Below are positions 15,004-24,112 of a stretch of 64,000 nt of DNA, in pieces (the stretch's first letter is position 1; each line of letters opens with the position of its first letter). The stretch spans positions 1 through 64,000 of the IMG/VR virus record IMGVR_UViG_3300032116_014939; one strand, 5' to 3'. Below the pieces are notes generated by a model. That model worked only from the letters and a program-made list of their open reading frames with translations, was not told where the DNA came from and searched no databases. The position numbers were made by a program, and so were the translations under genes.

Positions 15004-16407
15004 TTACTTACTTTCTTCAATCTTCTGTTGTAAAACATTAACAAATCTATTCTGTAACATCTTCAAAAACTTGATATAAGGTGAGTCTTCTTTTTCAGAC
15101 TCGTACTTGTACTTACCTTGTGGTGGTCTCTTACTTCTTCCAATATAATTTAATCCTGATATATTTGTAATACACTTGTGTCCACCTGAATTGGCTTGGA
15201 TAACTTCCCATACAGGAACTGAAACACTATCTAACACACTCCATTCTTCTTCAGTCAGTTCAGTTGATTTCTTTTCCATCAAAGATTTAATATCCATAAG
15301 TTCCTCAACACCATCTTTTTTATCCAAGTATTTGTCTCCGTATATTGCAGCAAAATCTTTAAAGGTAAATCCAACTGACTCTTCTTTTGCAGCAGTTTCA
15401 GAAACCCATTTAATTGTTGATAGTGGAACTTGTTTTTCTTTTAATTGTGATTCCCAATGTCCCAATACTTCTTGAGCAATTTCTCCCAAGTTAACACCTT
15501 TAAGTTCTCTTTCTTTTTTGAAAGGGTTACATGACGCTTGTAATAAACCAAGTGGCCAAGCAATAACAAGGAAGTCTGCTTCAGGGTTGTTTCTAAATGG
15601 GGTGTATCTATCATATGAGCCAGGTTTCATCATACTTCCACCACCATATTGAACAATAATATTATCTTTAACCTGAACATTCTTATGTCCTTTCATTGTC
15701 TGAACATAATCTTCTTTATTCTTTTCTAATGAAGATATGTCAGCATACCTATTTGTCTTCATTAATTCCTTAATCTTATTGAAGATTGAGAGGAGTGAAG
15801 GTTTACAATCTAACACTAATGTCTCTAAAAACCCTGGTTTACTTTTGAATGCTAATAATAATTTGTTTGTAACCAAACCTAATAACATTCTATTTTCTTT
15901 AGCACTCTTTTCTTTTGATGTCCCATAAACATAATTCATCACCATTTCAGGTGTGATGTTTTTGGAAGCGTAATCAGCACTATCAACCATAGATATTGTC
16001 GCAACATCTTCAGGTGTAAAAATTTCAGAAGCCGGAACAATCTGTGATAGAGTTTCAACATTTGAACGAGCTCCTCTGAACTGAGTTGACTTAGTTTCGT
16101 CAGCTCCGGCTTGTCTATCGTGGTGGTCGGTATGAACCACAAACATTGGTTTTCCGTGAGCAAAGTCTACAAGGACTGGCATAATTTCACCTTCAGCATC
16201 TGCTTTCTTAACCGCAAATTCCTTATCTCCGTATTGGATTACTTCAACATCAACAACTTTGATTCCGTTGTCTTCTAAATACTTTTTCATCGCTAATGCA
16301 GTTGCAACACCGTCTAAATCTTGGTGGAAGTATATCTTCGCTTTTTTGTATCTATCAGAAAGTTCTCTTATGTTTCTGATACCACCTTCGGAAATTATCT
16401 TTTTCAT
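15004..16407 (-). CDS. DHH-family phosphoesterase-like protein (likely start MKKIISE at 16407)
   Basis: HQDLDG, VDFAH, TDHHD and GGH motifs; TATTTAT at 16413-16419. Confidence 0.7.
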   Translation of the reverse strand: MKKIISEGGIRNIRELSDRYKKAKIYFHQDLDGVATALAMKKYLEDNGIKVVDVEVIQYGDKEFAVKKADAEGEIMPVLVDFAHGKPMFVVHTDHHDRQAGADETKSTQFRGARSNVETLSQIVPASEIFTPEDVATISMVDSADYASKNITPEMVMNYVYGTSKEKSAKENRMLLGLVTNKLLLAFKSKPGFLETLVLDCKPSLLSIFNKIKELMKTNRYADISSLEKNKEDYVQTMKGHKNVQVKDNIIVQYGGGSMMKPGSYDRYTPFRNNPEADFLVIAWPLGLLQASCNPFKKERELKGVNLGEIAQEVLGHWESQLKEKQVPLSTIKWVSETAAKEESVGFTFKDFAAIYGDKYLDKKDGVEELMDIKSLMEKKSTELTEEEWSVLDSVSVPVWEVIQANSGGHKCITNISGLNYIGRSKRPPQGKYKYESEKEDSPYIKFLKMLQNRFVNVLQQKIEESK

Positions 16408-16482
16408 TAATAATAAATATTGTAACAAAAAAAAAGTTCATCATTACGATGAACCTTTTAAAGTAAAAAAGTAATATACCTC

Positions 16483-16854
16483 TTATTTTAAAGTTAACAA
16501 GTATTTCAACTTGTTAATTTCCGCTAACATTTCGTCTCTAATGTTTAATAAATCCGAGTCCATCTTTGGGTCATAGTCTTCAGACAATCCAACCAAATAT
16601 TCACAAACTGAATTGATATATTCAGTTAACTCAAGTTCTTCAATATCACTACCACCTAAAGTATATCCACCTGAAAAACTAGGTCTTCCGTGTTTACCCA
16701 TACAAACTTCAACAAACTTATCAATCAAATCATCAAGTGATTCGTATATTCCACCATAAGCAGAATGTCTAGCAAATGATTTTGTTTGCCAGTGTAATAC
16801 TCTGAATTGAGTTTGTGTTTCTAATAAAAATTTAACAACTTCCGAATTTTTCAT
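16483..16854 (-). CDS. Ferritin/Dps-like four-helix protein (DUF5856-like)
   Basis: LHWQT.SFARH...Y..L.DLIDKFVE...G pattern. Confidence 0.8.
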   Translation of the reverse strand: MKNSEVVKFLLETQTQFRVLHWQTKSFARHSAYGGIYESLDDLIDKFVEVCMGKHGRPSFSGGYTLGGSDIEELELTEYINSVCEYLVGLSEDYDPKMDSDLLNIRDEMLAEINKLKYLLTLK

Positions 16855-16898
16855 TACAATATTTTATTATAAATATATCAATAAATGAAAAATGGTGG

Positions 16899-17756
16899 TT
16901 ATTGACCCCCATTTTCAAATTCTAATTTCTGTTGACTCTTTTGGTCAACAAAACTTTGTATTCGTTGTTTAGCAATTTCACAATAGTTTTCACTCAATTC
17001 AATACCAACCCATCTTCTGTCATGAACAACTGCCGCCACACAACTGGTTCCTGAGCCATTGAAAGGGTCTAAAACAATATCATTTCTATATGATAATATC
17101 TTAATTGCCTTTTCGGGAATATCCATCGAGAACGTTGCCTTTGTTAATGAACGAGTGTCAGCAAAGTATTTCCATTGTCCAAACACCAATTCCATAAACT
17201 CTTTCTTATCTTGTTCAGAATAAGCAACTTTGTTCTTCCCTTCTTCGGTTAGATAAGGTTCACCCTTCCATTGTGGTTCACCTTTAACTTTCTTGATGTG
17301 ATTTTTCTTATAAGCAAGTATCACACATTCTTTTGGGTTGTAGATGTAAGGAGCTGATGGACTCATCCAAGAACCCCAAGCGGTTGTCTTACTTCTATGT
17401 GGTGAGTTCTCTTCAAGGTCAACAATACCATAAAACTTAAACCCAACTTTTTTCATCACCTGATAAAGTTCTGAAGCGAAGAATACTCTACCACCTCTGT
17501 CCTGTACGTTAACTTCATAGGGTATGTTAATCGCAATCCTACCGTCATCTTTTAATAAACGATAAGCCTCAGTTAACCATTTCTTCGACCACTTCCAATA
17601 TTCATCCATAACAATTTCATCGTTATGTGTATCGTATTGGATACCTACATTATATGGTGGTGATGTTACAATCAAGTCAACCCAACCTTCAGGCATTTCA
17701 CTCATCACCTCAATGGTATCACCATTCAGGACTCTGTTAATATAATTCTCAATCAT
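16899..17756 (-). CDS. DNA methyltransferase (N4-C/N6-A, beta class)
   Basis: VTSPPYN precedes VLDPFNGSGTS. Confidence 0.92.
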   Translation of the reverse strand: MIENYINRVLNGDTIEVMSEMPEGWVDLIVTSPPYNVGIQYDTHNDEIVMDEYWKWSKKWLTEAYRLLKDDGRIAINIPYEVNVQDRGGRVFFASELYQVMKKVGFKFYGIVDLEENSPHRSKTTAWGSWMSPSAPYIYNPKECVILAYKKNHIKKVKGEPQWKGEPYLTEEGKNKVAYSEQDKKEFMELVFGQWKYFADTRSLTKATFSMDIPEKAIKILSYRNDIVLDPFNGSGTSCVAAVVHDRRWVGIELSENYCEIAKQRIQSFVDQKSQQKLEFENGGQ

Positions 17757-17977
17757 TCTGTAATTTTTCTATCTTTTTTTCAATATACCATATGGCTTTC
17801 TTCAAGTCCTGAACCACGTTATCTTTTTTACCTGCACGTGATAGGTATTTAACCGCGTTACCCAAATAAAAATCTTTATCTAAATCCCAAGCGTCGATTA
17901 CTTTGATTGCTTCATATGGATTATCTTTACCACCATAGTGTGATGGGTGATTAACCATTTCTTTTTGTTCTGACATA
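17749..17977 (-). CDS. DUF3310-family protein
   Basis: VNHPSHY...GNAVKYLSRAGKK...DLKKA.WY; likely start MSEQKE. Confidence 0.85.
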
Positions 17978-18151
17978 ATATTCTTTTCCATATTTACTTT
18001 CTTCAAGTGTACCCTCACTTACAAGTTTTTCAATTCGTTTTCTTGTTTCATCGATTCCAACTCGTAGGATATAATCAGAAATATAATTAATATGAACTGG
18101 TTTTTCAAGTTTTCTTAACAGAACTTCACTAGGGTCTACATTGTTTCTCAT
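17951..18151 (-). CDS. Small hypothetical protein, possibly winged-HTH
   Basis: ORF, likely ATG at 18151. Confidence 0.55.
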   Translation of the reverse strand: MRNNVDPSEVLLRKLEKPVHINYISDYILRVGIDETRKRIEKLVSEGTLEESKYGKEYYVRTKRNG

Positions 18152-18299
18152 ACTCTTTAAATTTTTTGGCAACATCGTTATTTGTGAAAATGATGGAATC
18201 GGCTTTGAGGTAGTGATTAATAATAGTTAAATCTTTTTCTAAACTTTTGATTTGTTCTTCCCCTATTATTTTTTTGTTGAATCCCATATTACAAAAATA

Positions 18300-19061
18300 C
18301 TAATCTTTTTTTAGATTTACAATTGTTTTTTTCTGAATTATGTAACTTAATACCTTTCTTTTAAAGATTGGTAGAAGTGTGTTTTCAAATGGTAGGTCGT
18401 TGGATGACATTAATTCAAAGATGGGTAAACTTATATCTTGAGTTAATTCATTTAATATTGTTCTGATTACCTTTTTACTTTCACCATCAAATATCAACTG
18501 AACCGAAAACTTACTGTCGTGTTTAACCGTATCAATACCGCCAGTTGTATATTTCCAAATCTTTTTGTTGTTTCCGTTAAGTGTAAAGAAGTAACCTCTT
18601 TCTAAATCCTGTTTCTTATTTTCGTTGGTGTGTTTGATTGAAACCGAGTCGTAGGTTAGTGTCCAAAGAGCTTTGATAACATTAAAGTATTCAAAAAACT
18701 TCGGTCCAGCATATTTTAATATCTTATTTAATTCTTCCAACTCATCGTCATTTAATGCTGGGATGGGTGTGAATTTAAGTTCATTAATTAATATTTCATC
18801 ATCAATAACTTCAAACTTCTTGTTAACAACGATGTATTTAAACTCCGAAGACATCACTTGTAGATTAGCCAAGTGTAATGACATTTCACTAAATAAGGGA
18901 TATAACTCAAACTTCTCAATCTTATCGTCACAGAACTTTAAAAAGTCCATCAACATATAATATTTGTGTTCGTAGTCAATTGGTTCTGTTAATAACCAGT
19001 CTGTCGTTAATCTGAAATGATTATTTTTTTTCGTTCTTCTTTTTTTTGGTTTGGTTTCCAT
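18300..19061 (-). CDS. Hypothetical protein
   Basis: 253-aa ORF. Confidence 0.8.
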   Translation of the reverse strand: METKPKKRRTKKNNHFRLTTDWLLTEPIDYEHKYYMLMDFLKFCDDKIEKFELYPLFSEMSLHLANLQVMSSEFKYIVVNKKFEVIDDEILINELKFTPIPALNDDELEELNKILKYAGPKFFEYFNVIKALWTLTYDSVSIKHTNENKKQDLERGYFFTLNGNNKKIWKYTTGGIDTVKHDSKFSVQLIFDGESKKVIRTILNELTQDISLPIFELMSSNDLPFENTLLPIFKRKVLSYIIQKKTIVNLKKD

Positions 19062-19062
19062 T

Positions 19063-20364
19063 TTACCCTTCTATTTGTAAAATGTAATATGTTTCATCAT
19101 TAAATTCAATAGTATCGTAATCACCATCGTAAGTGTTCAATGTGTGACCGATACCATCAGAACGAAGTAATCCTTCTTTGAACCCTTGTGTGTCTATATA
19201 ATTTTCAATCTCCAAACCATAATTTTCTATTACGCTCATAGGGTCATCAACCAAATCATTAACTAAATCTTCAACCTTTTCCTCAATTAAATTTTCAGGA
19301 ATAGTTTTATCACTATCTTTTAATTCATCCAACTCTTCGTTTAATTCATCATATTGTTCTTGTGATAAATTTTCCGAATCTTTCAAAAACAATTCAATTT
19401 CTTCAATTCTTTCTTGAACTGCTGGGTCTTCATATTCAAACTCATCTTCATCAAAATAGTCTTCTAAATTTTCTCTTACATTATCTTCTTCACTCTCTCT
19501 AAAATAGTCTTTAAGTTCTTCAACATCAATATAATCTTCAACAAAACTTTGATTAAAACCTTTCATTCCAATATCATCAATTAATTCATCAATTCTTTCA
19601 TATGCGGACATGTGGGTGTCGTAATTATCACCAACCGCCCATCTTTCTTTTGATTCTTCTAAGTCGTTGGTTAACACATAGAAAACTCTCATACTATAAT
19701 ATTTGTAGGCGTAAACCAAGTTATATACGTCAATTCTTTTTTCAAGGTATTCAATTTCTTCTTCAACCGCTTCTAAATCCATCAGATTTTCATTATCTTC
19801 CGTTTCTCTTTCAATTTCTTCCATTCTTTCTTTTTCAGCGTAAAGTTGTTGTAACCTAGCATCATCACCAGGTTCTTTAGCCTCATAATCACCAGAAGAT
19901 GAAGTCAAAAATTCAAATAAAACATTTGCCAAAATCGCAATCTCACTAGTTGCAGTTTCTAAATTCCACTCGTCCTCTTGTCGTAAATCGTTTTGTTTGG
20001 CTAATTCAATCTGTCTTTGTTTTTTGATTTGAATTTTTTCATACGGTGTTCCATATGTTGAAATATACTTATATTTAACACCCTCAAGAGAATTAATATT
20101 GGTATATGATAAATCTAAACTACCATTAACTGTGATATTTGTGATGTTATTAGCATCCGTATTTCTCAGACTTAAATCACCATCAATAACAATTCGTTTA
20201 CCTCTGAATTGTTTCATATTTTGAACCAATTTACCGTTATAATTAGTGAACTTTAAAAAATTAATATATTGCTCAGGTGTTATAACAACACTCTCTTGTC
20301 CTTCTTCCTCAACCAACATCTGAACAACCTTTTGTATTTGTGATATATCTATACTAACTCTCAT
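19063..20364 (-). CDS. Acidic hypothetical protein with a short LRR-like segment
   Basis: IDGDLSLRNT...VNGSLDLSYTNINSL; TATTTAT upstream. Confidence 0.75.
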   Translation of the reverse strand: MRVSIDISQIQKVVQMLVEEEGQESVVITPEQYINFLKFTNYNGKLVQNMKQFRGKRIVIDGDLSLRNTDANNITNITVNGSLDLSYTNINSLEGVKYKYISTYGTPYEKIQIKKQRQIELAKQNDLRQEDEWNLETATSEIAILANVLFEFLTSSSGDYEAKEPGDDARLQQLYAEKERMEEIERETEDNENLMDLEAVEEEIEYLEKRIDVYNLVYAYKYYSMRVFYVLTNDLEESKERWAVGDNYDTHMSAYERIDELIDDIGMKGFNQSFVEDYIDVEELKDYFRESEEDNVRENLEDYFDEDEFEYEDPAVQERIEEIELFLKDSENLSQEQYDELNEELDELKDSDKTIPENLIEEKVEDLVNDLVDDPMSVIENYGLEIENYIDTQGFKEGLLRSDGIGHTLNTYDGDYDTIEFNDETYYILQIEG

Positions 20365-20454
20365 GATAAAAATTATATTAATAAATATTAAAATAACTAT
20401 ATTATTTACTATTAAATCACATGTGGTAAATATTTATAATAAAATACCAACAAC

Positions 20455-20580
20455 ATGGGATGTGGATGTAAAAAACAAAACGCTTCACCTGAACAGGTGA
20501 AAAAGTTAAGAACTGAGAGTATTAAAAACGCAGTTCAGAGTACTATTGATAAGTACTACAACAAAAACAAGAAAAAGTAA
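20455..20580 (+). CDS. 41-aa basic peptide MGCGCKKQNASPEQVKK...
   Basis: ATG 20455 to TAA 20580; TATTTAT at 20431-20437. Confidence 0.65.
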   Translation: MGCGCKKQNASPEQVKKLRTESIKNAVQSTIDKYYNKNKKK

Positions 20581-20604
20581 TAAACCTCTAATAAATTAAA
20601 AACA

Positions 20605-20646
20605 ATGAAAAACAACGGCGGTGGTGGTTGCGGATGTGGAAAATAA
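20605..20646 (+). CDS. 13-aa micropeptide MKNNGGGGCGCGK
   Basis: A-rich initiation context, GCGC motif shared with the upstream ORF, terminator at 20671-20696. Confidence 0.45.
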   Translation: MKNNGGGGCGCGK

Positions 20647-20708
20647 TCTTTCCCGCAACATAAGAAAACTAAAAGGGGAATTTTTCCCCTTTTTTTATAT
20701 TTATAATT

Positions 20709-21821
20709 ATGGAATTTAAAATTTTCAAAAAATTAAACGAAGAAGAGGAAAAACCAGCACTAACATCTTTCCAAAATAAGTTAGTAAAACTTATTACTCT
20801 ATTCCAAAACGGAGATGTTACTGAAGAGGATATTGAAAATGCCATGGGTAGTTTTGATAAATTTTTTGAGTTAATAGTTAAATATGATTTATCACATTAT
20901 ATTGACCCTTTTAATTCTGATTGGGCTGATTATCAAAATAAAATAATTTATCAAATTATACAGAAAGACCCAAATTACATCTATAAGATGATGGAAATGG
21001 AATTTTCAGATATAACTGAAATTGATGGGAAATATTATGTTGATTTAGAAGATTCAGGTGAACTAGCACAATTCTTCAGTAGTGGTAGAAACGATATTAG
21101 TGAAGATAGAATTGCCGAAATATTAAATGGAGATTATGATGGTTATTTTTATGGTGATTTAACAAATGATGTATTCAAAGATGTTTATGAAGACCTAGAA
21201 CCAGAATACCAACAACAAATAAAAAATTATCTTAAAGAAGAATTACTTAAACTTGGTGAGTTATCTGTTGAATATAAAACACCTGAATTCATAGAAGATT
21301 TAGCTAAAGAACAAGGTGATGAGTCAACACTTAAATTAGATGATAATATTGTAACACAAATTATTAATGACAACAATTGTTTGGAATATTGTTTGAATAA
21401 TCTTAGTTTAGACCTGAACCATGATTTATACTCATTATACTCAAGTTGTTATTCGTCGGTTTATGCTAACGAATTGTATGAATCACTTATAGGACAATTA
21501 GTCGGTGAGGTTATTGATAATAAAAAATCAGAAGAGTATAAATACAAAAAATACAACAACTCTAAAATTGGATACACAGATAGATATGGTGTAAGATATG
21601 AAGTTACAAACACCGCATATCATAATATTCAACTTTGGTTGGAAAGTAACGTAAATAACCAATATGAAAATTTAAATTATTTCAGAGGTTATCTCGACTT
21701 ACTTAAAAACTTATTTGATAATGGTGACTTAACTTGGTTGAGTTCTGGTAGAGTTCCTGACTACCCCGATTTAGGTGACGTTAAAAAATGTCTTAATATT
21801 GAGTTTAATAGTTATTTATAA
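20709..21821 (+). CDS. Acidic hypothetical protein
   Basis: 370-aa ORF; TATTTAT at 20698-20704. Confidence 0.8.
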   Translation: MEFKIFKKLNEEEEKPALTSFQNKLVKLITLFQNGDVTEEDIENAMGSFDKFFELIVKYDLSHYIDPFNSDWADYQNKIIYQIIQKDPNYIYKMMEMEFSDITEIDGKYYVDLEDSGELAQFFSSGRNDISEDRIAEILNGDYDGYFYGDLTNDVFKDVYEDLEPEYQQQIKNYLKEELLKLGELSVEYKTPEFIEDLAKEQGDESTLKLDDNIVTQIINDNNCLEYCLNNLSLDLNHDLYSLYSSCYSSVYANELYESLIGQLVGEVIDNKKSEEYKYKKYNNSKIGYTDRYGVRYEVTNTAYHNIQLWLESNVNNQYENLNYFRGYLDLLKNLFDNGDLTWLSSGRVPDYPDLGDVKKCLNIEFNSYL

Positions 21822-22022
21822 TAACAAATTTATTCAAGATTTGTTAATAATTCCTTAACACACTTTCAACATTCCATACCTATATATTGGTATGATTAGT
21901 TTAATTTTTATTTCGATATTTTTATTTTTTAACGTTTCTTTAGTCATCCGAGACAGAAAAGAATATTTTAAATACAATAGAAAATAATTTACACTTTAAC
22001 CTTTAAAATTTTAGTTTTAAAA

Positions 22023-22655
22023 TTGAGTATGGAAAAAGAGAGTTGTATTTTAAATCAGGAATTTGTTAATAAGTTTGCAGATTTCTTATGTCAAGAAATA
22101 AGTGAAAATAATACTTACAAAACTAAACTATCCGTCGTTGATTGTAATAGTTTATTCATAATCAAAGGTTATACCAAGAACCCAAACGTACTTGTCCTTA
22201 ACAACTTAACTGATAAGTTCATAGAACAAGAACAAGATAATTATTCAGACCTAACAGGACTTAACCTTAAGACATTAGACATCATAGATTACGACACTAA
22301 AGACGTGAACTTTGAGGACACTAATTTTGTATATAAGTTCCCTGAAAAGTTTGAAGTAAATAAACTATCCTCAATCACAATCCAATCAACTTTCCCTCAC
22401 GGATATTCTAAAAATTACTTGGGTAATCTATACTCATACTTAACATTAATATCTCAGAAGACACAACCATACTTTAAATTCAAAAACCTATCTTTAGAAT
22501 TTAAAACAGACAATGGTAATCTAACATTCACCAAACTGAATTCAGATAGTTACTATAGTCCTCAGTTACTACTTGAGATACTCAACGATAACTTTGAAGG
22601 GACTATCCCTGAAGATTTACATCTACCATCCAACCTGTTCTTAAACGTTCTTTAA
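22023..22655 (+). CDS. Hypothetical protein, possibly a degenerate MetK-like fold
   Basis: N-terminus weakly resembles the SAM-synthetase N-domain; no catalytic motifs seen. Confidence 0.55.
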   Translation: MSMEKESCILNQEFVNKFADFLCQEISENNTYKTKLSVVDCNSLFIIKGYTKNPNVLVLNNLTDKFIEQEQDNYSDLTGLNLKTLDIIDYDTKDVNFEDTNFVYKFPEKFEVNKLSSITIQSTFPHGYSKNYLGNLYSYLTLISQKTQPYFKFKNLSLEFKTDNGNLTFTKLNSDSYYSPQLLLEILNDNFEGTIPEDLHLPSNLFLNVL

Positions 22656-23179
22656 ACACGTTTAGAATAACCTACGATTTGGTAGAAGTCCCTCTCACCA
22701 TCAATATATTGTTTAACCATAACCAACAGATTTCTAAACATGAACGCTCCTGGTGTTTGTTTTTCACACTTGGAGAACAACTCAACAAACGAAATTAAAA
22801 CTTCAATAGAATAATAACCACATCCTTGTAACTCAAGATACTTTGGTGTTAGTTTATTAACATACTGTAACTGGTAGGTATCTCTTGATGTCTCACAATT
22901 AAATGGTTCGGTTTCATCATAGATTTTTATCAGGTCATCAATAAACCCTTTAATAACATTCGGAGCACATTGTTTCTTAGCAATCAAATCAACAATCCAA
23001 TGTGTATGTGATGGTGTCCGTAATCTCTTACCTTCTTCCTTATGTTTTACGATAAAATCCAAATCAGGACGAGCTCCTCTTCCACCTTGATAGATAGCAA
23101 TCTTTGATGTGGGGTCAACTTGCCAAAATGTCAAAGGGGTATGAACTACCCCTTTCTTTTTAAATGTTAGTTCCTTCAT
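22652..23179 (-). CDS. Hypothetical protein
   Basis: 175-aa ORF. Confidence 0.75.
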   Translation of the reverse strand: MKELTFKKKGVVHTPLTFWQVDPTSKIAIYQGGRGARPDLDFIVKHKEEGKRLRTPSHTHWIVDLIAKKQCAPNVIKGFIDDLIKIYDETEPFNCETSRDTYQLQYVNKLTPKYLELQGCGYYSIEVLISFVELFSKCEKQTPGAFMFRNLLVMVKQYIDGERDFYQIVGYSKRV

Positions 23180-23188
23180 GGAACAAAA

Positions 23189-23461
23189 CTACAAAATATT
23201 TTTGATAATTCCAACAGCTTCGTTTATGTCTTGGAAATCTCTGTCGGGAGCAAATAACTTCGCTTCTTCTGTTTCAGTATCAACAATCATAAATGCCGGA
23301 ACAAAATCATTACCAGTCACTTCAACAAAAAGGTTATACTCCTCTTCGTGTTTTTCGATGTCTCTTTCCTTAAATTTAATCTTGTTTTCTTTGAGTTGTT
23401 TTTTAAACTCCGTACACCAATGACATCCTTTCATAGTATACGCAACCAATAAATTAGCCAT
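23189..23461 (-). CDS. Glutaredoxin-like protein
   Basis: YTMKGCHWC...VP motif. Confidence 0.85.
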   Translation of the reverse strand: MANLLVAYTMKGCHWCTEFKKQLKENKIKFKERDIEKHEEEYNLFVEVTGNDFVPAFMIVDTETEEAKLFAPDRDFQDINEAVGIIKNIL

Positions 23462-23766
23462 TAGTTCTCAATGTGTTCAAGGATTAGTGATGATACGGTA
23501 TCTGCCGGTTTTAAACCAACCATTGTATGTGTGTCAACACCTTCTTTATAGAATTTTAAAACTGGTACATTTCTAACGCCCAAACTTTTTGAGAAATTAA
23601 TATCACTCTCAACGTCAAACTCATAAATTGGTACCTCAGTTGTAATTTTCTTTAATTCTTCTGTTAATTGTTTACAAGGGCCACACCATGTGGCATACAT
23701 CTTTAATATAAAATCTTCCCCGTTATTAATTTTTTCTTGTATCTGAATACTTGTTAATTGTTCCAT
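23461..23766 (-). CDS. Thioredoxin
   Basis: ATWCGPCK and VRNVP motifs. Confidence 0.92.
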   Translation of the reverse strand: MEQLTSIQIQEKINNGEDFILKMYATWCGPCKQLTEELKKITTEVPIYEFDVESDINFSKSLGVRNVPVLKFYKEGVDTHTMVGLKPADTVSSLILEHIEN

Positions 23767-23770
23767 AACT

Positions 23771-24112
23771 TTAAATATTTTTACTTTCTTTTTTTTGTTT
23801 CAAAAGTTGTGCAATGAAGAACTTAACCTCATTCAACTTTTCAGCATTATAATATATTTTTATTTTATATTCAACCCCATCAGTTTTAGATAAATAAATA
23901 AAACTACCATTAGGTAGTTTACATATCAAATCAGATATAATTTCACCATCTGAATATTGGGTGGAATTGATAAATACTTTTTGAATATTATCCCTTTCAA
24001 TAAAATCTTTTGGTATAAACTTATGTCCGTCAGATAGTTCTAAGATTGAAAGTAATCCTTCCTTTTCTAAAAACTTTTCTTCAAATAGAAATATCTTTTT
24101 TTCGTTTACCAT
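23771..24112 (-). CDS. Hypothetical protein
   Basis: 113-aa ORF. Confidence 0.65.
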   Translation of the reverse strand: MVNEKKIFLFEEKFLEKEGLLSILELSDGHKFIPKDFIERDNIQKVFINSTQYSDGEIISDLICKLPNGSFIYLSKTDGVEYKIKIYYNAEKLNEVKFFIAQLLKQKKESKNI

